Origin: an uncultured Clostridia bacterium
GTDB lineage: Bacteria; Bacillota; Clostridia; TANB77; CAG-508
Assembly (NCBI GenBank): GCA_934141445.1
Contig: CAKPCF010000004.1
Location: 15,526 to 79,525 of the forward strand
Reading direction: 5' to 3'
Length of the DNA: 64,000 nt
In this document: piece after piece, positions 18,304 through 28,449 of the stretch
Layout: the number at the start of each line of letters is the position of its first letter
How positions within the stretch are numbered: position 1 is the first letter of the stretch
Program-made: the position numbers and the translations under genes
The notes under the pieces: model-generated
The model's input: the letters and a program-made list of their open reading frames with translations, nothing else
Databases searched by the model: none
Told to the model about the DNA's origin: nothing

Positions 18304-18359
18304 TCATACACTTTACTAACTTTAATATAAAAAGGTGGTTTATATGTTTGTTTTCAATT
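18304..18359 (+). repeat. 56-bp direct repeat, right copy (functional RBS and start of the 18344 gene)
   Basis: See the left copy. It contains AAAGGTGG and the ATG at 18344. Confidence 0.9.
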
Positions 18360-18901
18360 TTAAATTAAAAAAATCAAATATTGCAAAAATTCTTTTAGTG
18401 TTATTCGCTATATTTTGCATCATTTTATGCTGTATTGCAGTAAGTAAAATGCTAAAAAATATTACCAAGGAAAATACTTTTGTAGACAGCAATTGTCTAC
18501 CTTCTAATGATGTTGCAACACTTACTGAAAAAAATTATACAAATGTTTTAAAAATGGTTCATGATGATTTAAATACATATGTTGGTCAGCAAATTTGCTT
18601 TACTGGTTATGTTTATCGTGTGCCAGATATAAAAGAAAATCAATTTATCCTAGCCAGAGACATGTACATAGATTCTAATCATTTGCAATCCGTCATAGTT
18701 GGTTTCTTATGCAGTTTAGATAATGCTAAAGACTTCCAAAATGGTGATTGGGTTAAATTAACTGGTACAATAGAAAAAGGAGAATACTTTGGCGAAATTC
18801 CAATCTTGAAAGTCTCAAAAATAGAAAAAACTTCTGCTCCTGAAAATAAATTTGTAGAGCAACCAGATGAAGCTTATGTTCCAACAGCTGCAATATACTA
18901 A
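18344..18901 (+). CDS. Single-TM protein with a DUF1980/TIGR03943-like C-terminal domain
   Basis: The ORF track starts at an upstream GTG. I prefer the ATG at 18344, 5 nt after AAAGGTGG. It has an N-terminal TM helix, and the C-terminal pattern (FILARDMY...GDWVKLTGTI...PILKV..IEK..AP) resembles that family. Confidence 0.5.
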   Translation: MFVFNFKLKKSNIAKILLVLFAIFCIILCCIAVSKMLKNITKENTFVDSNCLPSNDVATLTEKNYTNVLKMVHDDLNTYVGQQICFTGYVYRVPDIKENQFILARDMYIDSNHLQSVIVGFLCSLDNAKDFQNGDWVKLTGTIEKGEYFGEIPILKVSKIEKTSAPENKFVEQPDEAYVPTAAIY

Positions 18902-18903
18902 TA

Positions 18904-19986
18904 TTATTCCATTATAGATTTTACAATTCCTTTATCTATACTACTTGCAAAAATATTTTTTATTATAACCAAAACAACTGGTCCTATTAACATTCCGATT
19001 ATTCCTACTAATTTAAAACCAGTATACATTGCAAGTAGTGTAAATATTGGATGAATTCCTATTTTATTACTTACTAATTTTGGCTCTAGCATTTGTCTTA
19101 CAACAACTATTAAAATATACAATCCTAATAACGATAAAGCTAAGCTATTATTAGCATTCAAAAATTCAATTATTATCCATGGTATAAAAATAGTTCCAGC
19201 ACCAAGTATTGGTAGAGAATCTATAAATCCTATAAACAAAGACATTAAAAATGGATATTCAATTTTCATTCCAATTAAAAACAATAAATTTAGTCCTATA
19301 GTAACAATTATAAATGTAATCAATATTAGTGTAGCTTCTGCTTTCAAATAATTTCCTAATACTGAAAGTATTTCAGATAAATGTGTTCTCATCTTCCCTA
19401 CCCATTTTCTAGGAATATGATGTTCCATTCTATCTAATATATAAATTTTATCTGAACTAATAAAATAAGTTGCGAGTATAGTAATTACAAAATATATAAA
19501 CACAGTTGGAATTGAACTAATTGATTGTAAAATTTTATTCATATAATTCTTTAAAAGTATTGCTAAATTATTCAATATTTCAGTTACACCATTTTGCAAT
19601 AAAATATTTATACTTTCAGAAAAATTAAATTGCTCAAACCAACTCCATAAAATCTGAATAAAATTCATAATTTTATCTATATATAAATTCATTCCACTTA
19701 AAAATCCACTTATTTCATTTATTAGAGTAACAATTCCCCATATCAAAAATACTGAAATCACAACAAATACTAAAGCAAGTACAATTATACTGCTAGCCTT
19801 TCGTGAAAGATTTGTTTTTCTTTTAATAAATTTTATTATTGGTTCTATCAATGCAGATATTATGTATCCAATTAAAAATGGAATATAAAACAACACTAGT
19901 TTTAAACCTAAATAAAAAGCCAATATTCCAGTTAACATTATAATACAATTTTTTATAATTTTAGTATATTCATATTTTGAATTCAT
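18904..19986 (-). CDS. AI-2E family transporter (YtvI-like integral membrane protein)
   Basis: 360 aa with about 8 TM helices. Its length and the C-terminal GMLIGPV pattern are typical of the family. Confidence 0.65.
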   Translation of the reverse strand: MNSKYEYTKIIKNCIIMLTGILAFYLGLKLVLFYIPFLIGYIISALIEPIIKFIKRKTNLSRKASSIIVLALVFVVISVFLIWGIVTLINEISGFLSGMNLYIDKIMNFIQILWSWFEQFNFSESINILLQNGVTEILNNLAILLKNYMNKILQSISSIPTVFIYFVITILATYFISSDKIYILDRMEHHIPRKWVGKMRTHLSEILSVLGNYLKAEATLILITFIIVTIGLNLLFLIGMKIEYPFLMSLFIGFIDSLPILGAGTIFIPWIIIEFLNANNSLALSLLGLYILIVVVRQMLEPKLVSNKIGIHPIFTLLAMYTGFKLVGIIGMLIGPVVLVIIKNIFASSIDKGIVKSIME

Positions 19987-20130
19987 GAACTATCCTCCAA
20001 AATCATTCTATAATGTTTATCATACACTTTTTGATATAAAATCATACATAAAAAACAGACTTTAATAAAATTTGTTTTTTCAAAATTTATCAAAGCCTGT
20101 TTCGTTAGTAGCTTCTATTATTTTTATACA

Positions 20131-20559
20131 CTAAAAATTATGGCAACCACAAATGTCTTCAAAAGTTTTTCCTACACACTCACAAGAAATATCCTCTTGT
20201 TGAGCTATATCACCTATAGTTAAGACTCCTATAACTTTTCCATTTTCTAAAACTGGTAATCTACGAACTTGATTATTTGCCATAATATCAGCAGCTGCTT
20301 TTACATCTGTATCAGCAGTTGTTTTTATTACATTTATAGTCATAATATCTGAAAGTTTTGTAGTATTACAATCTTTATTATGAGCTACTGCTCTTGTTAT
20401 AATATCTCTATCAGTTACAAAGCCTACACATTTGTCTTCTGATGAGCAGATTGGTAAACAACCTATTTGATTTGAATTCATCAATTTAGCTGCTTCTGCA
20501 ACACTTGTTTCTGGTGATGCTTTTACCAAATTATTACACATACAATCTTTTACTCTCAT
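20131..20559 (-). CDS. CBS-domain pair protein with a Cys-rich tail
   Basis: Two CBS repeats (MRVKDCM..., VRRLPVLENGKVIGVLTIGDI). I moved the start to the ATG 5 nt after GGAGG. Confidence 0.8.
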   Translation of the reverse strand: MRVKDCMCNNLVKASPETSVAEAAKLMNSNQIGCLPICSSEDKCVGFVTDRDIITRAVAHNKDCNTTKLSDIMTINVIKTTADTDVKAAADIMANNQVRRLPVLENGKVIGVLTIGDIAQQEDISCECVGKTFEDICGCHNF

Positions 20560-20756
20560 GCCAACCTCCAATTTTTAATATTATAGAGAAAACAATATTA
20601 AAAGTTTTCTTTAATAAAAATATTATGCTATTTTTTCGAAAAACTTATTCAATATATCTTCTTTTTTCAATATTTGCATAAAAAGAAAAAGTTAGATATT
20701 TTCAAGATACTTTTATATTATCTCAAATATCTGACTTTCAAATAAATTACATATTT

Positions 20757-22211
20757 TTATGCTTTTTCATTTACTAATTTCTTAAATTGATTTCCTCTAT
20801 CTGCAAAATTTTTGAACATATCAAAACTTGCACTTGCTGGTGAAAATAAAACTACATCTCCAGATTTTGCCAATCTTTTTGCTAACATAATTGTTTGCTC
20901 TAAAGTCTGACATTTATAAATATTAACTTTCTTTGTAGATTTTTCCATTTCATCTAATACAGCATTCTCAATTTTATCTGCTGTTTGACCAATTAAAATC
21001 AATTCTTTACAATTATCTAAAATAGGTTTTGCAAGTGGTGCATAGTCTAAATTTTTATCATATCCACCTGCTATTAAAATAATATTTCTAAGTGCAAATG
21101 AATTCAAGCCAACTATAGTTCTTGTTGGGCTAGAAGAGGCTGAATCATTATACCATTTTACTCTATTTTCTGTTTCTTTAACTAATTCAATTCTATGTTC
21201 AACACCTTTAAATTCTGAAATTGTTTTAACAGCTGTTTCAACATCTACAAAGTCTTTTGTAGCAGCTAATACTGCACAAATATTTTCAGCATTATGTTTT
21301 CCTTTTAATATAATATTTTTTGTATCTAAAATATGACTTCTTAATCCATTTTGGCAAAACTTTATTTTTCCATCATCAACAATATATCCATTTTCAAGTT
21401 TTTCTTTACTACTAAAATATATTACTCTACTATTTGCAATTTCTCCACATTTTCTTGTTATTTCATTATCATAATTTAGTATTACAACCTCTTCTGGCTT
21501 TTGATATTGGAAAATATTTTGTTTGGCTTCTATATATTCTTCCATTGAACTATGAATATTTAAGTGATTTGGTGTAATATTTGTTATTACAGATACATTT
21601 GGACTTATTTTCATATTCATCAATTGAAAACTACTTAATTCTAATACAACAAAATCATCTGGTGTCATTTCTGCTATTCTAGTAAATAAAGGATATCCAA
21701 TGTTTCCTCCTAAAAATACTTTTTTTCCACCAGCTTCCAAAACTTTTGAAATTAAAGTTGTAGTAGTTGTTTTTCCATCACTACCAGTTACACCAATAAC
21801 TTTACTTGGTGTAAGTTCCAAAACCATTTCAACTTCTGTTGTAACAATTGCACCTCTTTCAGTTTCTTTTGCTAATTCTGGAACTGTTGGTAAGCAACTT
21901 GGTGAACGAAAAATAATATCAAATCCTTGTAGCTTTCTTAAATAATCTTTTCCAAATGAAAAATTCATTCCATAGTCTATTATTTGATTGATTAAATTAT
22001 TATCTATTTTATCAATTTCTTTGTTATCAAAGACTGTAACATTTGCTTTCAATTTGTGTAAATATTCTATTAGTGGTAAGTTACTAACACCTAAACCAAT
22101 AACAGCAACTTTACTTTTCTTTAAATAATTGTTAAACTCTTCTAATTTCTCATTTTTATATGAATTTTCTAATGTACTATTTTCCATAATAATATAAACA
22201 CTCCCTTTCAT
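20757..22211 (-). CDS. murD: UDP-N-acetylmuramoylalanine--D-glutamate ligase
   Basis: VAVIGLGVSN Rossmann N-terminus and GVTGSDGKTTTT P-loop, with Mur-ligase architecture. The true start may be the internal MENST. Confidence 0.9.
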   Translation of the reverse strand: MKGSVYIIMENSTLENSYKNEKLEEFNNYLKKSKVAVIGLGVSNLPLIEYLHKLKANVTVFDNKEIDKIDNNLINQIIDYGMNFSFGKDYLRKLQGFDIIFRSPSCLPTVPELAKETERGAIVTTEVEMVLELTPSKVIGVTGSDGKTTTTTLISKVLEAGGKKVFLGGNIGYPLFTRIAEMTPDDFVVLELSSFQLMNMKISPNVSVITNITPNHLNIHSSMEEYIEAKQNIFQYQKPEEVVILNYDNEITRKCGEIANSRVIYFSSKEKLENGYIVDDGKIKFCQNGLRSHILDTKNIILKGKHNAENICAVLAATKDFVDVETAVKTISEFKGVEHRIELVKETENRVKWYNDSASSSPTRTIVGLNSFALRNIILIAGGYDKNLDYAPLAKPILDNCKELILIGQTADKIENAVLDEMEKSTKKVNIYKCQTLEQTIMLAKRLAKSGDVVLFSPASASFDMFKNFADRGNQFKKLVNEKA

Positions 22212-22253
22212 CTTTTGAAAATATTATGTAAGTATATAAACATTAGTAAATTT

Positions 22254-22955
22254 TTAATACATTTCTTCAGGCACTTTTAAATTTGACATATCTATATTTG
22301 CTAATAAAAACTTTGTAGATTGTTCTACACTTTTACAATTAGTTACATCTATTGTTATTGTGCCATTAGATAGTTCATAAAAACCTGCCTCTTCTTGTAA
22401 TTTATCACGCATTTCTATATTTTTTCTAATTTCCTCTTCTGATTCTTCATTATGATATTGCGCACATTTTCTTTTTACTCTTTCATCTAAATCTGCAACT
22501 ACAAAAAAATGATAATCAGTATCTGGATATATCTTCATAATACTTCTTCCAGAAATAATAACATTATAATCTTTTTTTAAATCATCAATAAGCTTCCTTG
22601 CAAAAGCAAATAATTGCTTATTATCAGCCTTTCCACCAACAGTTGAAACAGCTAAAGAAACATCTTTTGATTGTAGTAATTCTTCATCTATTTTTTTATT
22701 TCCAATATATATAATTGTTTCATTATCTTCTATTTTCAAATTGATATTAAATAAATCCATCATTTCTTTAATATCCAAATTTTTGTTTGTTTTCTTTAAG
22801 TCTTCTATATTTTTTCCATTTTGCATTATTGCATAAACTATTGCTCTATATAAATTTCCACCATTTAAGAGTACAGTATTAGGTAATTCTTTTATAAGTT
22901 CTCTACATATACTAGTCTTTCCGGCTCCAACCAAGCCTTCTATTCCTATAACCAT
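22254..22955 (-). CDS. Cytidylate-kinase-like P-loop nucleotide kinase
   Basis: IGIEGLVGAGKTS P-loop, GGNLYRA (CMP-kinase-like), and a GRS...ADLDERVKR lid region. Confidence 0.6.
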   Translation of the reverse strand: MVIGIEGLVGAGKTSICRELIKELPNTVLLNGGNLYRAIVYAIMQNGKNIEDLKKTNKNLDIKEMMDLFNINLKIEDNETIIYIGNKKIDEELLQSKDVSLAVSTVGGKADNKQLFAFARKLIDDLKKDYNVIISGRSIMKIYPDTDYHFFVVADLDERVKRKCAQYHNEESEEEIRKNIEMRDKLQEEAGFYELSNGTITIDVTNCKSVEQSTKFLLANIDMSNLKVPEEMY

Positions 22956-23449
22956 TTATTATCCCCTTCTAACATTATATTATTTTACGAAAGTATTGTA
23001 TCATTTTATAAAGTGTTTTTCAAGTATGATGAATTATTAAAAATGGCTATTTTGAAGTATTATTTGAATTTCAGCAAATTCAAATGAATATTTTTTTCAT
23101 TATCAGACATAATAGTTATAGAATTATTCAAGGAGGTGTTGAAAATGTCTAAAAAGAAAAAACAAAGTAAAGAAAGAACAACTGATGAAGACTAGTTAGC
23201 AATACCAAAAAATTTTCAGTAGTACTTTATAGAGCTTAATTTATATAAATTATTGTTGTATTTAGTACTACATTCTAGACAAAATATTTTGTTAAAATCA
23301 TTCAATATAGATTTAATTAAATTTAGTTAAGAGAAGTATTTACTCTCTATAAAAAGAAGAGGCTATTCGGTAATAAAAACCAAATATCCTCTTCTTTCTA
23401 TTTAATAAAATATAATATCTTTTAACTTTTATAATAGTATATCTTTGAA

Positions 23450-23608
23450 TTATTTACTATCTTTATTTCCAGAAATTTCATATTCTCTTTTAGCTTTATA
23501 TGCTTTCATTCTTTCTTCATTTATTGAACTTGATTTCTTTTCTTCTAGATCTTCTTGCTTACTTTTACTGTTAAATATATTGTAAATAGATTTTATAATA
23601 TTTTTCAT
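23450..23608 (-). CDS. Hypothetical small Lys/Glu-rich protein (52 aa)
   Basis: ORF track (60 aa). I prefer the internal ATG preceded by GGGGGA. No family recognised. Confidence 0.3.
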   Translation of the reverse strand: MKNIIKSIYNIFNSKSKQEDLEEKKSSSINEERMKAYKAKREYEISGNKDSK

Positions 23609-23659
23609 ATTTTCCCCCACAAACTTTTTCATATTTTAACTTTTATAAATTTTCATTGC

Positions 23660-26485
23660 CTAATTTTCTAGATATTTCTTTAAGAATTTTCCTGTATATG
23701 ACTGTTCATTTTTTACAATTTGTTCTGGTGTTCCTATTGCAATTACTTGACCACCTTTTTCTCCACCTTCTGGTCCTAAATCTATAATATGGTCTGCTGT
23801 TTTTATTAAGTCTAAATTATGCTCAATTACAAGAATTGTATTTCCAGTATCAACCAATCTTTGTAAAATTTCAATTAGTCTATGGACATCTGCAATATGA
23901 AGTCCTGTAGTTGGTTCATCTAATATATATAAAGTTTTTCCAGTAGCTCTTTTTGATAATTCTGTTGCAAGTTTAACTCTTTGTGCTTCACCACCTGATA
24001 AAGTAGTTGAAGGTTGTCCTAATTTCACATATCCCAAACCTACATCTAGTAAAGTTTGAATCTTTTGCTTTATTTTTGGAACATTGCTAAAGAATTCAAC
24101 TGCTTCTTCAATCGTCATATCTAATACATCAGATATACTTTTTCCTTTATATTTAACTTCTAAAGTTTCTCTATTATATCTTTTTCCAGCACATACTTCG
24201 CAAGGTACATAAATATCTGGTAAGAAATTCATTCCTATTTTTACAACACCATCACCTTGGCAAGCTTCACATCTTCCACCTTCAACATTAAAGCTAAATC
24301 TACCTTTTTGATAGCCTCTCATTTTTGCTTCATTTGTTCCTGCAAAGATATCTCGAATACTATCAAATACACCTGTATATGTTGCTGGATTTGAACGTGG
24401 TGTTCTTCCTATTGGTGATTGGTCTATGTTTATAATCTTATCTATATTTTCAATACCTTTTATTTTTGTACATTTACCTGGTTTAACATTTGAGCCATTA
24501 AGTTCTTTAGCTAAATATTGATATAATACTTCATTTACTAAAGTTGATTTTCCTGAACCAGATACACCTGTAACACAATTAAATACACCTAATGGAATTT
24601 TTACATTTACATTTTTTAAATTATGTTCTGTAGCTCCTATAATTTCTATTGCTTTTCCATTTGACTTTCTTCTCTTCTTTGGTACTGGAATCTTCTTTCT
24701 TCCACTTAAGTATTGTCCTGTAATTGAACCTTCTACTTTCTTTATTTCTTCTGCAGTTCCTTGAGCTATAACATTTCCGCCATGTACACCAGCACCAGGT
24801 CCAATATCAATAACTTGGTCTGCTGCATACATTGTATCTTCATCATGTTCTACAACAATTAAAGTATTTCCTAAATCTCTCATTTTTTTCATTGTTTGAA
24901 TTAACTTCTCATTGTCTCTTTGATGAAGTCCTATACTTGGTTCATCTAATATATACATTACTCCGGATAAGCCAGAGCCAATTTGTGTTGCAAGTCTAAT
25001 TCTTTGAGCTTCACCACCTGATAAAGTTCCAGCTGGTCTTGATAAAGTTAAATAGTCAAGTCCTACATCTATTAAGAATTCTAATCTCTTGTTTAACTCT
25101 CTGAATATCATATCTGCAATCATTTTTTCTTTTTTATTTAATTGTAAACTTTGCAAATATTCTTTGATTTTTACAATTGATAATTCAGTAAGTTCATTTA
25201 TATTTTTGTCACCTACTTTAATAGATAGAACTTCTTTTTTTAATCTAGCTCCATGGCAGGTTGAACAAGCACTTTCGCTCATATACATTTCATAGAAGTC
25301 ACGCATTCCTGCAGATTTAGTTTCCCTATATCTTCTATCTAGTGTTGGTAAAACACCTTCAAATGGTGTTGTGAATTTTCTTGTTCCAGCAGAAGAGGTA
25401 TATTCAAAATCTATTTCTTCATTTCCAGTTCCATATAAAATCTTTTCTAAAAATTCACGTGGTAATTTCTTTATTGGTTTCTTTATATCTACACCATAAT
25501 GTTTACCTATACTTTCAAAGTACATTTTAGCCATTGTCTCGCCTTTTTTCATTGTGCTAGATCCAAATGCTTTTACTCCATCATATAAAGTTTTGCTTTT
25601 ATCTGGTATAATTAAATCTTCATCCATTTTCATTAAATAGCCAATACCTGTACATTCAGGACAAGCTCCTTGTGGGTTATTGAAAGAAAACATACGTGGT
25701 GAAAGTTCTTCAAAACTAAAGCCACAATTTGTACATGCATAATTACTGCTATATATTTTTTCTCCCAAGCCTATGAAATCTATTTTTACTAAACTTCCAG
25801 CATACTGCATTGCCACTTCAACACTTTCTGCTAAACGATTTCTGCTTTCTGGTCTAATAACTAAACGATCAACTATAATATCGATATTATGTTTTTTATT
25901 TCTATCTAATTCAATATCATCAGAAAGTTCATATATTTCTCCATCTATTTTTGCTCTTACGAAACCATTTTTTTGCATGTCAGCAAAAAGCTTGGTATAT
26001 TCCCCTTTTTTTGAACGAACAACAGGAGACAATACTTGAATTTTAGTGCCTTCTTCATGGCTTAAAATATTGTCTACAATTTGGTCTATTGTTTGTTTTT
26101 CAATTTTCACACCACAATTAGGACAATATGGTACACCAATTCTAGCATATAATAAACGAATATAATCATATATTTCTGTAACTGTTCCTACTGTTGAACG
26201 TGGGTTCTTTGATGTTGTTTTTTGGTCAATTGAAATAGCTGGTGATAAACCTTCTATGCTTTCAACATCTGGTTTCTCCATAATTCCCAAAAACTGTCTT
26301 GCATAAGATGATAAGCTCTCTACATATCTTCTTTGACCTTCTGCATATAAAGTATCAAAAGCTAAAGATGATTTTCCAGAACCTGAAAGTCCTGTAATAA
26401 CAACTAATTTATCTTTTGGAATTTCTAAACTTATGTTTTTTAAATTGTGTTCTTTTGCTCCTTTAATGATGATCTTATCATTCAT
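23660..26485 (-). CDS. uvrA: Excinuclease ABC subunit A
   Basis: 941 aa. [14 protein letters not shown], zinc modules ([19 protein letters not shown]), and a second Walker [10 protein letters not shown]. Confidence 0.97.
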   Translation of the reverse strand: MNDKIIIKGAKEHNLKNISLEIPKDKLVVITGLSGSGKSSLAFDTLYAEGQRRYVESLSSYARQFLGIMEKPDVESIEGLSPAISIDQKTTSKNPRSTVGTVTEIYDYIRLLYARIGVPYCPNCGVKIEKQTIDQIVDNILSHEEGTKIQVLSPVVRSKKGEYTKLFADMQKNGFVRAKIDGEIYELSDDIELDRNKKHNIDIIVDRLVIRPESRNRLAESVEVAMQYAGSLVKIDFIGLGEKIYSSNYACTNCGFSFEELSPRMFSFNNPQGACPECTGIGYLMKMDEDLIIPDKSKTLYDGVKAFGSSTMKKGETMAKMYFESIGKHYGVDIKKPIKKLPREFLEKILYGTGNEEIDFEYTSSAGTRKFTTPFEGVLPTLDRRYRETKSAGMRDFYEMYMSESACSTCHGARLKKEVLSIKVGDKNINELTELSIVKIKEYLQSLQLNKKEKMIADMIFRELNKRLEFLIDVGLDYLTLSRPAGTLSGGEAQRIRLATQIGSGLSGVMYILDEPSIGLHQRDNEKLIQTMKKMRDLGNTLIVVEHDEDTMYAADQVIDIGPGAGVHGGNVIAQGTAEEIKKVEGSITGQYLSGRKKIPVPKKRRKSNGKAIEIIGATEHNLKNVNVKIPLGVFNCVTGVSGSGKSTLVNEVLYQYLAKELNGSNVKPGKCTKIKGIENIDKIINIDQSPIGRTPRSNPATYTGVFDSIRDIFAGTNEAKMRGYQKGRFSFNVEGGRCEACQGDGVVKIGMNFLPDIYVPCEVCAGKRYNRETLEVKYKGKSISDVLDMTIEEAVEFFSNVPKIKQKIQTLLDVGLGYVKLGQPSTTLSGGEAQRVKLATELSKRATGKTLYILDEPTTGLHIADVHRLIEILQRLVDTGNTILVIEHNLDLIKTADHIIDLGPEGGEKGGQVIAIGTPEQIVKNEQSYTGKFLKKYLEN

Positions 26486-26626
26486 TTTTTAGCCCCCTAA
26501 TTTTTTATAATCTTATATGTAATGTCTAAATGTCATCTTTTTTATTAAGTCTCATAAAATCGAAAATATTATATCATAGTAAATTCAATCTAGCAAGGAA
26601 AATAGAAATATTGTCAAGGCTTTTAC

Positions 26627-26666
26627 ATAAAAAAACTACTAATTGTTTAAATCTCACAATTAGCAG
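26627..26666 (-). terminator. Terminator after the MBL-fold gene
   Basis: CTAATTGT (26639-26646) pairs with ACAATTAG (26656-26663), plus outer pairs. A minus-strand U-run comes from the A7 tract at 26629-26635. Confidence 0.6.
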
Positions 26667-26681
26667 TTTTATTTAATGATT

Positions 26682-27590
26682 TTATTCTTTTTCAAACCCT
26701 TTAGAAGTTAATCTTATTGTTTGGTCACCTTCAAAAGCTACAAAATTTGTTGTGTTCATTTCTTCTAGCCAACTTCTTACTTCAACTGTTTGCCATTTTC
26801 CAGAATTATATCCACCACCATTATCATTATTCCAAAGCCATTTTGGACAATTAAAAAAACATATAGTTGGTTTTATTACATCATAAACTTCCTTCGTGAC
26901 ACCATATTGTCCATGATGTGCCATTTGAACAGCATAGCTTGGTAAATCATCTTTGCAATTTTCTAATAACTCTTTAGATGTATATACATAACTATCTCCT
27001 AAAAATAGTATACTCTTTTTTACATCTTTTGCAGTAAGCTTAAATACCATACTTGATTCATTTCCATTATCTGAATGAGTGATTTCAGGATTAGCAATTC
27101 TTAGTATTTTGCACTCAACATTACCTATTTCAATAAATTGATTTGCTGTACAATCAATTCTGTTTTTTATTTTACTATTATTTAATTCCTTTATCATGGC
27201 AAGTTCTGTTTCTTTGCCTCTGCTATCATTTGCTTCATACCATTCAGCAGTGTTTAAATGATAACATAAATTTTCAATAGTAATATTATTATTTTCATTT
27301 TTTAATATTTCGAGTAATGCTCCTACATGGTCATCATGTGCATGAGTAATAAACCAATAATCAACCTTTCCATTACCATACTTATTTATATATGACAAAA
27401 TCAAATCTGAATCTGTATTTTTGCCACCATCTACTATTATGAGCTTATTATTTCTAGTTCTAATTACATATCCTGCAGAATTTATATTTTCCTTATCTTC
27501 TTCGTTGCTTCCACCAATTAAAGTTATCTTTATACCTTCTACACTTTTATTATAATAATAAAAAAATAAGCAAATAATTATTCCGTACAA
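26682..27590 (-). CDS. Exported MBL-fold metallo-hydrolase
   Basis: THAHDDHVG (HxHxDH) motif and a hydrophobic N-terminus. The start is uncertain (see finding at 27588-27627). Confidence 0.7.
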   Translation of the reverse strand: MYGIIICLFFYYYNKSVEGIKITLIGGSNEEDKENINSAGYVIRTRNNKLIIVDGGKNTDSDLILSYINKYGNGKVDYWFITHAHDDHVGALLEILKNENNNITIENLCYHLNTAEWYEANDSRGKETELAMIKELNNSKIKNRIDCTANQFIEIGNVECKILRIANPEITHSDNGNESSMVFKLTAKDVKKSILFLGDSYVYTSKELLENCKDDLPSYAVQMAHHGQYGVTKEVYDVIKPTICFFNCPKWLWNNDNGGGYNSGKWQTVEVRSWLEEMNTTNFVAFEGDQTIRLTSKGFEKE

Positions 27591-27638
27591 TTACTAAAAT
27601 ACTTAATTTTAAAATTATTTTTTTCATATATTCCTTCT

Positions 27639-28394
27639 TTATTCAATATTACTATTTTTATATATCAAATAGTTATCTGTTTCGTAGAACACATTGTAAT
27701 CATATTTTTCTAATTCTTCATTTTTCTGCATTCCTTTTCCCCAGATAATATAATTGCAATTTGCTGTTTTACAATTTCTTGTAACAAATTGTACATTTCC
27801 CAATTGTTGCTGTACAACAATTGTTACACTATCATAACTTTTTGGTTCACGTGCATACATTAGCACTATTTCTGGATTTACTTGTCTGATATATGACACT
27901 AGATCAGTAGTTGGCATTACTTTTTTAGTTCTAGTATTATCTTGCATAATTGCTGTAGCAATCTCATAAGCTTCATTTGGAACTTTATATAGATTATTTA
28001 CTGCTACATAATTTTCCTTATTATAAATAAGCTTGCCACTTAATACAATTGCTACAACAGCAATTATTCCTAAAATTATTTGCTCTGCTTTTCCTTTTCT
28101 TGACATGATAATCTTTGTAATTACATAAGATATAGTGATTCCAAGTGGAAACATCCAATACATTCGCCAATAAACAGAAACTGGAAAAAATGGTTCTACT
28201 ATAGCACTAAAAATAGGATTTAATGTAATAATTCCAATACATGCAGTTAATCCTATAAAAAACAATTTAATTTTCTTATTTTCTTCTTTAAAAAAAATAT
28301 ATACTAATGCAATTATGTATAAAACAATATATGCCCCTGTTCCTTTATATTCCAAAAAAGTTGTTTTAATTGTATTTAATCCTTCTATTAACAT
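27639..28394 (-). CDS. Hypothetical membrane protein (about 5 TM plus a soluble C-terminal domain)
   Basis: ORF track and hydropathy by eye. It lies at the distal end of glycan locus A. Confidence 0.5.
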   Translation of the reverse strand: MLIEGLNTIKTTFLEYKGTGAYIVLYIIALVYIFFKEENKKIKLFFIGLTACIGIITLNPIFSAIVEPFFPVSVYWRMYWMFPLGITISYVITKIIMSRKGKAEQIILGIIAVVAIVLSGKLIYNKENYVAVNNLYKVPNEAYEIATAIMQDNTRTKKVMPTTDLVSYIRQVNPEIVLMYAREPKSYDSVTIVVQQQLGNVQFVTRNCKTANCNYIIWGKGMQKNEELEKYDYNVFYETDNYLIYKNSNIE

Positions 28395-28449
28395 TCTTTT
28401 TACTTATAATCAAATCTCGTTGATTAACACCTTTCTATTATTTTTTATA

